A stretch of 64,000 bases of DNA from Lingula anatina (Eukaryota > Animalia > Brachiopoda), in NCBI GenBank assembly GCA_051362555.1, contig CM120644.1:23582534-23646533 (forward strand). The letters run 5' to 3'. The position numbers and the translations under genes are program-made. The notes under the pieces were generated by a model. It did not search any database, was not told the origin of the DNA, and saw only the letters and a list, made by a program, of their open reading frames with translations. Shown piece by piece: positions 12,563-26,392 of this stretch (position 1 is the stretch's first letter; every line of letters starts with the position of its first letter).

Positions 12563-15500
12563 TGTAACGCGAGGGGTCGGGCCCGAGCGACCGCGACACC
12601 CATGCGCGGCGTAGGAACTTGGATGTTTCTTAGGGAAAGTATATCCCTGTCCTTTAGAAATAAAGAGGCAGATTTTTGTTTTACTAAATTTTATTAAACG
12701 GATAAATCGACCATAAAATTCTCAAGTCAGTGGTGACTATCACATGACTTATTGTCATAAATGTCTATAAAATTGAGAAGTTGGCGTTGCGCGTAGTGTG
12801 AGATGACATCTGAGATGGAGTCGACCTCGTTGACGGCACTGCGTTGGATGGCATCGTTAATGGAATCGGGTAGCGTGCGATGACATCAGGCATTTCTAGT
12901 GGTAACCATGCGTAGGACGGCCTCGTTGACAGTTCGCGTTAGATGACATCGTTGATGGAATTGGGTAGCGTGCAATGACATCTGGCATCTGTAGTGGTAA
13001 CCATGCGTAGGACGACCTCGTTGACGGCACCGCGTAGATGGCATCGTTGATGGAATTGGGTAGCGTTCGACGACATCTGGTATCTCTAGTGGTAACTACG
13101 CGAAGGACGACCTCGTTGGCGGTTCGCGTTAGATGGCACCGTTGATGGAATTGGGAAGCGTTCGACGACATCTGGTATCTCTGGTGGTAACTACGCGAAG
13201 GACGGCCTCGTTGACGGCACCGCGTTGGATGGCATCGTTGATGGACGTCGTTGACCCTCACTTTGTTTCTTCTTGGTATCAGCTGGCTGAATAAGGTATC
13301 TGGTGTTCCCAATGGGATAACTAAGGAAACTAAAATAAAAACTACCCCCAAGTCTCATGGAGGATTTCACCGCGCACTTGGACTGGAACATCATCAACAG
13401 CACCAAGTTGACGTCTGCGCCGATGGCGCCCCGGACCCGTACGGCCTTTCACCCGAGGATGAGATGTGCACTTCTCTTCGCCATCAAAACCAGCAGCAAC
13501 CTTGGCCAGGAACCTGTCAACTGCACCCCAAGGTCTTGGCCAGGAACTTGTCAACTGCAGCCAAGGGACCAATTCCTACATGCTGGAACCCCTCCTCACC
13601 AGGAAAAACACCTCCATATTCAGTCAGCCAACTGTCCACTTAAAAACTTAATAATTGCTAGGAGCACTTATATTAAAGAGAGGGTGCTGCCCTCTAAAAA
13701 AACTCACTGATCTAACTTTGTAAAACCATAGCTAAATAAGCTTGCCAATCACCTTATTTGTTAAAAGCATAAACCACCTGACTTAGGTAACTTAACGAAT
13801 TCTCTAACCTTAGCACTTTATTAAAGAGAGGGTGCCACTCTCTGAAAAGCTCACAAATCTAACCTTGTATGACCATAGTTACATAAGCTTGCCAGTCGCC
13901 TTACTTGATAAAGACATAAACTTGGCGGTATAAGTCCACCCTTCTAATTAGGTAACTTAATGAATTCTCTGACCTTAGCACTTTATTAAAGAGAGGGTGC
14001 CACTCTCTGAAAAGCTCACAAATCTAACCTAGTATGACCATAGTTAAATAAGCTTGCCAGTCGCCTTACTTGTTTAAAACTCAGAAACTAGTGGTAATTA
14101 ATCTAACGAGCACATGCCGGTAAATTTTAAATGACCCAAACATTAAAGATAATCGGTTTCCATATAGTAATAACCCCTTAAGGTAACTCGAGATAACTTG
14201 TCCTCTTATAGAGATAACCCCTTAAGATAACTTAAGATAACCTACAGAGATAACCTAAGATAAGCTTTGATCTCATAGAGATAACCCATTAAGATAACCT
14301 GAGATAACCTATAGAGATAACCTAGGATAACATGTTCTCTTATAGAGATAACCTGTTAAGATAACTTAAGATAATCTATAGAGATAACCTGAGATAACCT
14401 TTGATCTTATAGAGATAACCCATGAAGATAACCTAGGATAACCTGTAGAGATAACCTAAGATAACATGTTCTCTTATAGAGATAACCTGTTAAATAACTT
14501 AAGATAACCTATAGAGATAACCTGAGATAACCTTTGATCTTATAGAGATAACCATGAAGATAACCTAGGATAACCTGTAGAGATAACCTAAGATAACTCT
14601 TATAGAGATTACCTGTTAAGATAACTTAAGATAACCTATAGAGATAACCTGAGATAACCTTTGATCTTATAGAGATAACCCATTAAGATAACCTAGGATA
14701 ACCTGTAGAGATAACCTAAGATAACATGTTCTCTTATAGAGATTACCTGTTAAGATAACTTAAGATAACCTACAGAGATAACCTAAGATAAGCTTTGATC
14801 TCATAGAGATAACCCATTAAGATAACCTGAGATAACCTATAGAGATAACCTAGGATAACATGTTCTCTTATAGAGATAACCTGTTAAGATAACTTAAGAT
14901 AATCTATAGAGATAACCTGAGATAACCTTTGATCTTATAGAGATAACCCATGAAGATAACCTAGGATAACCTGTAGAGATAACCTAAGATAACTCTTATA
15001 GAGATTACCTGTTAAGATAACTTAAGATAACCTATAGAGATAACCTGAGATAACCTTTGATCTTATAGAGATAACCCATTAAGATAACTTAGGATAACCA
15101 GTAGAGATAACCTAAGATAACATGTTCTCTTATAGAGATAACCTGTTAAGATAACTTAAGATAACCTATAAAGATAACCTGAGATAACCTTTGATCTCCT
15201 AGAGATAGGCCTAACTACAGTAACATAGACGAACAGGTAAAAGAGAAAAAAAAAAAAAAAAACTGAACATCACTTAATTACTTGCACAGGGAGTGCAAAA
15301 CAACAGAAGCGGGTAATTAGTGGTGAAAAACGGTTAATAGTAAAAAAAAGGAGGTCATGGGGAAGCTACGCGAAATATCTAAACAGAGAACGTAACTTCG
15401 ATCTAGCAACTACTACAAGTTGTACTTACTAAAATTAGATAAAGTTTCATTGAATTCAGTTCCAAACTACATAGAAAATGGCTAATGACAGGCGGGTTAC

Positions 15501-15972
15501 CCCCGCGGGGCCCCCCGTGGGGGCACCCTCTAAATAAAATCTAACTCACTGGTACTATAGGCTGTTGATTCTGTCGAGAGGGGAGTCAGCTTTTCGAAGA
15601 ACCCACGCTTTGGCTCTGCAGCCCTATTTATAGACTCCGTTACGTCATGCTCGCGCTGCGGTCAAAGGTTGAAGGTCGCGACCTAACAGCATGGCCGCTC
15701 TGCATGGAAGTGTCACTAACTTGTGTATTGTAGATTTAGCGCCGTATTTTCATTATTTGGGATTTAAATGAAGAATTAACCTATGGGTTTAGTTGGATAA
15801 ACTCCAGGACATATGTCTCTAAGGAAAAACGAAGTCTTGGGTAAGATTTAATGTAAAGTTATTGAAGAAAAGTAGATTCCGGTCATAGCAGACGATCGTG
15901 CAGCACATGTTTACATTGTTTCTAATGATTTTAAATAGCAGATTCGTGGCTCCTGTGACCCCCTTTGTTACA
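12563..15972 (-). repeat. 5' LTR (3410 bp)
   Basis: Same sequence as the other LTR plus three extra ~134-bp satellite units; adjacent to the PBS. Confidence 0.95.
14168..15208. repeat. Expanded GATAAC satellite (5' LTR)
   Basis: Eight tttgatct landmarks, against five in the other LTR. Confidence 0.95.
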
Positions 15973-16048
15973 GTATTCTTGTTTAAATCATTTATTAATT
16001 TAATCTGACTGCCTCTATATATTTATCAAACTCTTCTTGGATTGCAAG

Positions 16049-16052
<4 letters not shown>

Positions 16053-16099
<47 letters not shown>
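16053..16099. repeat. (AAT)n microsatellite
   Basis: Perfect run. Confidence 0.9.
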
Positions 16100-16101
<2 letters not shown>

Positions 16102-17909
16102 ATTGTTATATGTATACATACATAAATATAAAGTGAAGACATGTTTTATTTGAGTTTATCAAGGTTAGACATGGACGTAAACCTAGAAAGGGGTACGAGT
16201 TTATCAAGTTTAAAAGTAGGTGTAAACTTTAGGAAGGGTACAAGTTTATCAAGAAGCAGTGTAGGTGTCTGCAATCTTAAAATCTCAAGATGAAGTCGCC
16301 GCTTCCCCCTGATACACGTGTACATTTGACAGAGCATATAAAAAAACCCCAAAATATCCCCTTTAACCCCAAACCCGCAAAATGTCAGCAAATGTCTTAA
16401 TATAAAGACACATTTAGAGGGATTCACAATAAAAGCGGCCGTCATCGGCCAAATTTCGAACATACTTGTGTTTGTCACTTTAATGCTTTTTTCTATTCTT
16501 CTGACACCACATTGAACCTGTTTTAATCAAGGAGACATATAAAGCTGTTACCGCTAAGATATTCTTTCTTGTTTATATTTATCAACTACCGTTTACACCC
16601 ATCACATAGTTTAATTAGTGTCTCTTGAAGAGGAACCACCAACTCAAGTTTCTCTGAAGTTTGCCTTTTGAAATTTAAGTTGAAATCAAACGGTGCATTT
16701 TCAGCCTAGCTTGTGGCCTTATAAGTTACTGCAATATTGAAATTGCTAGATATGGTAGGTCCCACTCCCTGTCTGTCTATGGTATGATTTTATCCTTTAA
16801 GATCATCATATATTTCAGGTTCAGGTACTGAAGAAAGGAAGCGTTGTGTAGTCTGACCACGAGCAGACTTACAGCCTGTTAGCAGAGCAGTAAGACAGTA
16901 TAGATCCCTATCATCGTGACCAAATTCGTAAGAATCGAGTTGCCTTGACGCTAGAGATGGTGCCTGACCCAGATGTAGATTATCTGTACAAGGAGGAAGT
17001 TTTTACTGAAAACATGATTGAAGGAATAAGGGTAATAGAATATGAGGTCCCTTTTAACATTGAGCGGAACACTTTGCTGTACATCAACAAGTTTGACTGG
17101 TCGCTGACACTGACAATTTATTAAGCCTATGCATATATTAAATTTTTGAGAATCCATTACCGTTTTATAGCGTCAGAGTGTTAAAATGATTAAAACATAC
17201 AATAACACTACAGTGGTTGTACTGCAATTCACACGTTCGCTTGCTATACGGTTCACTAGGGGTTAAATCCCTATACTCCCCCGCACCGAACTCCCTCACA
17301 CCAATACTTACCCGCAGCATTTTTTTTTTTATTATTAGAAATGCGACGCCAAAACAAAATTTTAGATTAAAAACTTTTCTGTAATATGTTTTTTTTTTCA
17401 AAAGTGGGCAAACATATAGGGACCCAAAAGTGACAAATTTTATTCGGAATATTGTAGAAAAATAAGGAAACAGATACTTAAATCGGTCTGCCTCGTAACT
17501 TAGAACATAGTCGACCTTTCATGACAAACTTTGTGTGCAGATCGGCTTTATAATTTACACAAATCTGTGCAAATCTGTAAATCTGTGCAGAGAAATATAG
17601 TGATTTAAAACTTATATATATATACAGCATCGCAATATAGTCCAAGAATTTGGTGCAGAAAAAAAGGTTGAATTGTGCATTTTTACCTACGCCATACCCT
17701 GAGTGTCAGAGCAACGTAAAAGCTAGCTTGTTAAATATACCTTGTGATGGAGTCGCCTGGTATTGCTACTATGGGTTATATATGAAATCAAGATCGAGCT
17801 GGCAATACCGGAATCTAGAACCTAGGGTACTACGCCACAAATACCCGTTCAAATTAAATCTTCAAGTATATCGTCCTGTAATAGCTTAAGATATTATTTT
17901 ATGCTTAGA

Positions 17910-19350
17910 CAAAACTATGGTATGAATGAAGTATCAATATTTGCTTCTTTATGTGTATAGAAATCCAAAATAGCCTCCAAAAGTAGGAAAAAACAGTCCA
18001 CTTACGGCTGAAATATGGTGAATTCACAATTTACTAAAAACTACAAGCATAAAAATTGATATGCTTGTAAAAATAGGATTCTTAGCAATTTCGGATATAG
18101 GGGCATGTCTGAAAACTCTAATATGGCCATCAAACATTTCTTTAGAAAAAAATCAACTTCGTATTCTTATAATAGTCTTTTTTTCTATATTTTTGGTTTG
18201 GAATCACCTCATTATAAATGATTTATCAAAAACTGCTCCTTTAGTTATAATGAAATCTAAATTGACTGTAAAAAGTGAAACGGGACTCCTTTCGGTCAAA
18301 GTACATCCATCACATGGAGCAATTATATAGTTGCCACAGGATATGACAAATGTCAAGATATTTTTACAAATTAGATTTTAATTTAAAGTTAAATTATTTT
18401 GGTGAGTAGTTGTCGCACATTTGAGAAATATATGGGAAATTAGTAATTGGACAATTTTTTCAACAGAAGATAACGACTTGGTAGACCGAAATTGCAAGAA
18501 TATATGCTTACCATTTACTTGTTTTCATTTTTGATTTGCAAGGGATTTGAATGTCAAATATTTTTTTTACATTTCTACTTATTTGGTTAAGTAATTGTCA
18601 TTCATTCTTATATTTGCCTTTTTGAGGCTAGGTTACTTTGGTTCTTCTTTCACATTTTAAGGATTTTTATATGATAGTAGTTTGTTTATAAAGGGAAAGT
18701 CGCCCTTGAATGCCATCAAAGTTGATACGCTAACTGAGAATTGATCTTAATGAAAATCTAGGGCAAAGGGCAAAACTACTTATGTTGGTTTAGCAAAAAA
18801 GGGACTGTTTCAGTAAATAGATAATAAATGTAACATGCGTGGTGTTTTTACAAGGTCTGTAGGTCTTAACAAGGCTTCTGCTCAAGTAGGAATATGATGA
18901 TCATACAAGAAGTTGCAAAGTCCAAATGCCTATTAACGAGTGATTATGTTTTAATACAATACAATAAAATGCAATACAATGCATGTGGCCCATGGGCTTT
19001 TGAGTGCCATTTTGGAATTTTTAAACATTAAGGAGCAGATATTGATACTATATACAAACCATGGTATTTTCTAACCATCAATTGACATTGGAAGTCATTA
19101 AAAGACCATATGAATAGCTTTCACCTTCAAAGGGGCATATTAAAATTGACTGCAAAATTTTTCAGACATGTCCTTATACCAAACTTGCTAAGAATCATGT
19201 TCTCCACAACTGTGCCAATTTTTATGTTTGTATTTTTAAGTGCATGATGAATTCACCATACTGCTACATATTTTACTTTTGGAGGCCATTTTGTATTTCT
19301 TAACATCTAAACAAGCAGGTATTGATAATTCATTCATAGCATAGTATTTT
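17910..19350. repeat. Degenerate ~200-bp inverted repeat pair (17910-18117 vs 19158-19350), probable MITE/foldback relic
   Basis: Blocks gcctccaaaagta, tatggtgaattca, gattcttagcaa and catgtctgaaaa recur as reverse complements in collinear order. Confidence 0.6.
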
Positions 19351-19959
19351 CTTACTATAAATGGTATTTTAAACCATTATAAGACTATATATTAGAAGTT
19401 TTAATTTAAAAGGGTAGTTAATTGTAGAAGGTATAAAAGTGTTTTGAAGACAAGTATCCGAAATCAAATTTCAGCATTTTCACTGTCCGATCTGATTTTT
19501 TGAAAGCTAACGTTTGGGGCTCCCAAGAAGTTTTTATTTTACATTTACCGAATTGCAGACCATTACAATCTTGGTTTAATAAAATGTCTTCAGTGTAAAG
19601 ATGCTGCCGTAGATAAGGTGTAAAAACATCGGTGTATTGCTCTAAAAAATGTTAAATGTGTAAAACATCGGAATTGCATATAATTGCATACGGTAGTTGG
19701 CCAGGTCTTATTTTTCAACGTCTGCCATTTATTACAGATGCCGTGCCACATGACCATGACAAACTGAGGAAGGATACCATTGATGATATTCAAAAGAGGA
19801 TGCATTGAGCTCATTGCCAGCACCAACAAGGAGTGACAGGTTCAAAACTGTGCAAGGGTACGCAGCCACAGGTTTACAAGAAATTCAATATGAGCGCAGT
19901 AAAATTAGTTCAGGTGATGTGTCTTTGCTTGGTGGCATAAGTTATCTGTATTAATCTGG

Positions 19960-20250
19960 AATAAGAGATCACTATCAGGGTATTAGCAGGCTTATTGATG
20001 AAGGAGCCGATGTCAATTCACAAGACAAAGAGGATATAAATAGTATACATTTAGACGCAGAAAACGGCAGCATTAAAGTTGTCACATATCTAATTGATAA
20101 AGGATTGATCTTTATGTTTGAGACAGGGAAAGTAGAAGTAGGATATATTTGGCACTAGAGAACCGTCATGGTGATATTGCCACCAAGCTGTTTGATGCAG
20201 TTGCAGAACTGCCAGGGGAAGGATATCTATATCCCAGTGAAATTAATTAA
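19960..20250 (+). pseudogene. Ankyrin-repeat pseudogene fragment
   Basis: Manual translation: ISRLIDEGADVNSQDKEDINSIHLDAENGSIKVVTYLIDKG, a frameshift, then IDLYV*DRESRSRIYLALENRHGDIATKLFDA. Two to three ankyrin-consensus repeats. Confidence 0.8.
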
Positions 20251-21609
20251 GGTGAAAGCACATGCTTTGGTGAAGATGTATAGTAGTATTTGTGGAATGT
20301 CTTTATCTTACATAACCAATGAAAAAAGAATAGAATGGTGTATTTTGCGGTAACATGCAATAACAAAATTAAAAAGCCGGAATTTCCCGATATACTGGAA
20401 GGTTATACCATTCTTGTCTGGGGAGGCTCAGTCGGTGGTAATGGGGAGCAACCGGATGCAGGCGAGTCACGTGAACTTTCTGTCGGCTGTTGTATAGGTT
20501 TAAGGGACACTTTTGGAAGCCTTAGAAGCCTTGGTTATATAATTATAACCAATTTTATTTTAAGCTACCTACTGGGTCTAATTTCAACGAGCGCCATTGC
20601 TACTGTTAGCCACCCACTAGATCTATATGCCGTTATTGAGCAACTTGGTTTGGGAGAAAGTTCTAGATTATTTATAAATTTAAAGAAAATCATGAACACA
20701 AAAGAAAGTTCTAGAATATTGTGAGAAGTAATGCTCGGTCTCGTTCACAGAATAATCTAGAATGCGTTTGGTGTGCACGTATTGGTGTATCAGATGTTTG
20801 GCAAGTGGATTTCTGAGTATACATAGGGATGAGTGCGTGTTGTTATTGTATGAGTGGTATTATTAAACTAAGAAGGCATTGTGTCAAGCAAACAGTATAT
20901 AGTTTGCATAGCATTTGATATCACCTATTGATCTTAATAGGACCGGTCTGCACTTAGTAATATGATAACGAGTGGATTCTTATCAATGCAGGTATACCCC
21001 CAAGTAATCACAGCAACAACACAGTTGACATGCCTTGAATTTATTTACGTTAATTTCAAAGACTCTAGGTACCACATACATTGGTACTGTATGCATTATA
21101 GGCCTATATCTGATTACTGTGATCTACTCTTGAATTAATTTTAACTGATCACCACCAAAAACAATAAAGCATGCACTCTGTAGGAAAATGCTGAGTGACG
21201 AAGCTGGAATATCCTAATGACATAATATCTATCTATTTTACTGTTCTGGAATAATCTCTCTTTTTTGTACGGAAACGCTGAGTAACGGACCTGTAGCAAG
21301 TTCGAGAATATTCTATAAAGAAGTTCAGTCTTTGCATATTAATAATAAGACACGTCTGAGTAGCATTTGTTTCTCAAGCGGATTTGCAAATATGCAGAGT
21401 AACTAAGTCTCTGGTGAACATGCGTCTGTCAAGTTGATTTGCAAATATACATAATTATTGAGTGTTTAGGGGAAATAACTACTGTATTTGAATGGACAGA
21501 GAGCAACCTACTATACTGCTAATTGACAATAATAAATGTTAATATGGTTATTTCCAGCTACTAGCTATTATTTTGCTTGAATTAACGTATTTAATATATA
21601 AATCCTAAA

Positions 21610-22060
21610 GACTTTTTTTGATCTACAAGCTTGAAAACTCGTATTTATAAAACTTGGCATGATGAAATGCCCTAGTACACTAACATATTGTTAAATTGTA
21701 TACCATTAGTAAAACCTCTAAGAACTTCTTAAGTTTTCCCACAAGAACAGTTCACTAAATAATATATACAGCATTTTCCAAAAACTTTTGTGTAAATGCT
21801 CTTTAGTACTTTGGTGTTACACGTCCACACAAATGTCAAGTTTTCGCCCAAAAAACATTCAAATGTATAGTTATAATAATAAGGTCCTTTGCTATAAGAG
21901 TAAAAAAAATCCAGTCCCGTTTTCATTGAAGTAAAATTATGCATGCAGGGTAAGTCCTTATTTGACTATGTGGCAATGTGTTCAATGCAAATACTCATCG
22001 AAAACAAGCACTTGGAAACGGAACAGTTATTAGTAAGCAATCCAATAGTTTTGTGTTCAT
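21610..22060 (-). pseudogene. Polinton/Maverick adenovirus-like cysteine protease relic
   Basis: MNT..VFALNTLP..FFYSYSKGPYYY..FL..WTCNTKVLKSIYTKVFGKCCIYYL matches the FFDSYG..N..LQS..CGxYCIYYL consensus. Confidence 0.7.
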
Positions 22061-22069
22061 CTTCAATAC

Positions 22070-22520
22070 TCAACATACACATTTCTGCGTTGATCAATTT
22101 TTATAACCGCGTCATATTCAGCTATACTACCAAGATGGAATTATCAATCACTTGTCCGAATTCTAGATTGATGTTGAGCGAACCCTGCATCGTTGGCGTA
22201 CTATAATTTTCAGTTTTTATCTGATGTCAAGCCAAAGTCAAACAGAGTGAACATTTCAAAAACCTCTGTTTGATCTATGTTAATATCTTGTTCACTGCTA
22301 TCTGCGCTAACTGATGATAAAAGGTTGAAATAGCATTTAATGTAGCCTAAACCACCAGTGACCCCAAATTCTAGATTGTGTGGAGTAAAAGCTATTTGCT
22401 CCCCTACCACAGTTAGACGCAGCTGTCGCAAGTCGCAGTGTTTTAATTTAAATAATCACCATTGAAGGCAACGCCATCTAACATTCCTAAAACGATGTGC
22501 TTTGACATTGTTTGTTTTTC
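22070..22520 (-). pseudogene. Polinton/Maverick major capsid protein, C-terminal relic
   Basis: KHIVLGMLDGVAFNGDY..LRLTVVGEQI..YIKCYFNL..FTLFDFGLTSD..GSLNINLEF..AEYDAVIKIDQRRNV resembles the Maverick MCP (PY) C-terminus. Confidence 0.75.
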
Positions 22521-22554
22521 CGATAGATGAAAGGTCACCGTGGATTTTGCTTAT

Positions 22555-22870
22555 GAGATCAATGACCTTGTCATTTAACAAATCTTCACTCGATTTACCC
22601 TTGCCTCTAGATCTTAATTTTTTTAGACGCTATACACATTGTCTTTCTTTATGACCTGAATCAATTCAGGTTAATACAAGATTCCCTCTATCTCTTCTTC
22701 TTTGTAATCTGCCACCTTTTAGACTGGTGGTGACCTGTTTAAAATTTGCGTTATCGTAAACAACTCTTGCATCTAACCCTGCTCGTAGCCTTTGACAAAG
22801 ATAGTTCTACCCTTGCTCAACCTTTACGGTGTTTCCTACCTTGAATTTAAACTTTGTTGTTTTTATGTAC
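22555..22870 (-). pseudogene. Polinton/Maverick integrase C-terminus
   Basis: KFKFKVGNTV..IFVKGYEQG*MQELFTITQILNRSPPV*KVADYKEEEIEGILY*PEL. Confidence 0.8.
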
Positions 22871-22879
22871 AGACACAGA

Positions 22880-23490
22880 TGTGTACAGAATTGATAAATA
22901 TTTATAATACGCAGGTCAAGTTCGAAAATCAGCATGATCGGGTCACTTGTAGGGAAGTTATGCTGTTTTTTCACTTTTTTCAGCATATATGCAGCACCGA
23001 TAACACGATAAGTGGAAAACCATTTTACTTTTTGGCTTAAAAATTACAAAACTGATGAATATTCACAATATGCAAGTCAAGTTCGAAAATCAGCATGATC
23101 GGGCCATATTTGTGGAAGTTATGCTATTTTTTCACTTTTTTCAGCGTAAATGCAACACCGATAACACGATAAGTGAAAAACCGTTTTACCTTTTGGCTTG
23201 AAACTTACAGAACTGATGAATATTCTTAATACGCAGGTCAAGTTCGAAAATCAGCATGATCGGGCCATGTTTGTGGAAGTTATGCCATTTTTTTCATTTT
23301 TTTCAGCATAAATGCAACACCGATAACACGATAAGCGAAAAATTGATTTACTTTTTGGCTTATAAGTTTCTGAAATGATGAATATTCATAATGCGCAGGT
23401 CAAGTTCGAAAATCAGTCTGATCGGGCCATTTTTATGGAAGTTATGCTGTTTTTTCACTATTTCAGCATATGTGCAACACCGATAACACA
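22880..23490. repeat. 161-bp tandem repeat, 4 copies
   Basis: caagttcgaaaatcag at 22917, 23078, 23239 and 23401. Confidence 0.9.
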
Positions 23491-24844
23491 TTTCAAGGAA
23501 AATCAATTGGCCAATCGTCTTGAAATTCACAGGGGTGATCAGATTTACTAAAATACAGATGAGGTTCGAAAATAAGCTTGATCGGTTCAGTTTTGGTGAA
23601 ATTGTGCCTTTTTTTGTATATAAGTCTTTTTTCCTCTGATTTAATTCTTAGGCATGTTAACAATCTCATTTGTGAACTAATTAGTAATGTAAAGGTGTTC
23701 TTTTGACATTTTCTGCATCTTAACAATATTGTTAGTTGATTATATAAAAATGATGGTAAACCTGTTATTGTGCATTTTGTAATAAAGTGTCAAAAATGGA
23801 AATAAACTCATATCTTTACAGTTTGTCAGATTCAATCATTCACCATGTTCAGAATCTCAGAATGGAACAAATTGGACATTTAAAATTGTTCTATTGATAT
23901 TTTTCCTATATCAACAACTTTCTTAGTTGATCATTTAAAAACAACAGTAAATTGATTATTTTGATATATGTAAAAAAAGTGTTGAAAGTGGAAAGAAATT
24001 CATTTCAGTACAGTTATCTCTTGTGTACATTTTGGCATTTTGAAGTTGTGACTCTGAACTTCCATGGCCATGAAGACCCTTCCATATCAAATTTTCTGAA
24101 TATCCATGATACTTTTATTTTATTATTAAAAATTGATGGTCATTATGCTGTTAAGCATTATGTAACATTGCATCAAAATTGAAGACAACCCCATTTTAGA
24201 CAATGCCTCCATAGTGACCATTAAAGGAAAACCAAGTCACTTACTCTTCTCAAACTTACAGAAATGTAGCATAGCACTAAATTATAGCTTCAGTTGGAAA
24301 ACCTGTTACATTGGTTAACTTTCTTGGAAATTATATAGTTTTTTTGTTACAATTAAAATTTTCACATATGGACATTTTCAAGGTGTGACTTAGTCTTTGA
24401 ACTTCCATTGGCTTGAATACCATTGCTAGTCACATCTTTTGAATAGCTATGATACATTTTCTTTATTATTAAAAATTGATGGTCATTGTGCTGTTAAGCA
24501 TTATGTTAAATTGCATAAAAGATGAAAAAAAAACCTTTTTTGGACATCGCTGCTGGGATGACCATTAAGGAAAAACCATTTTACTTATGATATTCTAACT
24601 TACTGAAAAGTTTCATAGGACTGAAGTGTAGCTTGTGTTGGAAATCAGTGTGATTGTTTTCTGTTTTGGAAGCAATGCAGCTCTATGGAGTGCTATATGG
24701 GGCTACTGTTTATGGATGGTGGTAATTGTCCCTTGGGATAATCACTAGCTAAATTCAGAGCTATAAAATTACTTGCCTAATTGATTTTCAAGTGCCCATT
24801 AAATAAGATTACATAAAGCACACGTTGAGATTTCCCATTCAAGT

Positions 24845-26340
24845 CCTATAGATTAAGCTCTCTTAACTGTGTCACATAATTAGGAATTGGTGATAATTAT
24901 GCAGGTAAATGTTGTTTAATATTGCAAATAAGTTTACAAAAGAAAAAAAAAATTGTAATGCCAACATTAGTGCTATAGATGAATAACAGTGCCTTATTAT
25001 CCTCAAACACATTGGGGTTATTCATATCATGTTAATACAGCAAGATTAAAAGTTTGAATAGCAGCTTTATTGTTTTTTTTTTTTTTTTTTTTTTTTGTGT
25101 GTGTTTTCTTTTTAATTTTTCTCTAAACACTGGTATTTTCAACTCCCTTCCACCTGAAGCTCTTCAGATTTTCTGTATTTCCACATAAGCAGTAGCATAG
25201 GTTTTTATGTCTTTAAACAATATGTAATATTATTTTATGCACTGTCAACATTTTTCAAATATTGGGATATTCATTATGTGAATTTGAACTCTCATGGTCC
25301 AGAAACTATAATCTTATTGCAGGGGTGGATTGAAGCCGTCTTCTGGGTCTTTCAGATGACGGTCAGATTTTAAACTTTACATTGACTGGTATCAGTTTTT
25401 TTCTGTTGGAAGACCATCAAAAGTGTAGGATGGATCAACAAATATAATTTGGAATACTGTCAGAAAATACCTCTGGATCTGCTCCTATTATTGAGCATGT
25501 TACCTGTTGTGCATGATTAAAATTCAGTGTTGATTGACAGTGCTATTATAAGCATTATTTATTATTGCATCAAAATTGACAAAATGACCCATTTTCTATA
25601 GGTTAAGCTCTCTTAACTGTGTCACATAATTAGGAATTGGTGATAATTATGCAGGTAAATGTTGTTTAATACTGCAAATAAGTTTACAAAAGAAAAAAAA
25701 ATTTGTAATGCCAACATTAATGCTATAGATGAATAACAGTGCCTTATTATCCTCAAACACATTGGGGTTATTCATATCATGTTAATACAGCAAGATTAAA
25801 AGTTTGAATAGCAGCTTTATTGGAATTTTTTTTTTTTCTTTTTGTGTTTTCTTTTTAATTTTATTTCTAAACACTGGCATTTTCAACTCCCATCTACCTG
25901 AAGCTCTTCAGATTTTCTGTATTTCCACATAAGCAGTTGCATAGGTTTTTATGTCTTTAAACATTATGTAATATTATTTTATACACTGTCAACATTTTCA
26001 AATATTGGGATTTTCATTATGTGAATTTGAACTCTCATAGTCCAGAAACTGTAATCTTATTGCAGGGATGGATTGAGGCCGTCTTCTGGGTCTTTCAGAT
26101 GACGGTCAGATTTTAAAGTTTACATTAACTGGTATCCATTTTTTTCTGTTGGAAGACCATCAAAAGTGTAGGATGGATCAACAAAGATACTTTGGAATAC
26201 TGTCAGAAAATAGCTCTGGATCTGCTCCTGTTATTGACCATGTTACCCGTTGTGCATGATTAAAAATCAGTGTTAACTGACTGTGTTATTATAAGCATTA
26301 TTTATTATTGCATCAAAATTGACAAAATGACCTATTTTGC
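24845..26340. repeat. ~750-bp tandem duplication
   Basis: ttaagctctcttaactgtgtcacataattagg starts the units at ~24850 and ~25600; high identity throughout. Confidence 0.9.
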
Positions 26341-26392
26341 ATCTTTATTTTCTGTATTTTTTTGTCTGTACATTTGACAGCTTTGCTGCCTT

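Larger units (their letters stand above)
7031..15972 (-). mobile_element. Non-autonomous Ty3/Gypsy LTR retrotransposon (gag + protease only) with giant LTRs
   Basis: TG..CA LTRs at 7031-10041 and 12563-15972; 4-bp TSD GTAT (7027-7030, 15973-15976); PBS and PPT present; internal region only about 2.5 kb with no RT, RNase H or integrase. Confidence 0.95.

Noticed and set aside
7031-15972. Simple segmental duplication or a retrozyme
   Set aside because: TG..CA ends, TSD, PBS and PPT show these are true LTRs, and I found no CTGANGA..GAAA hammerhead core in them by eye.
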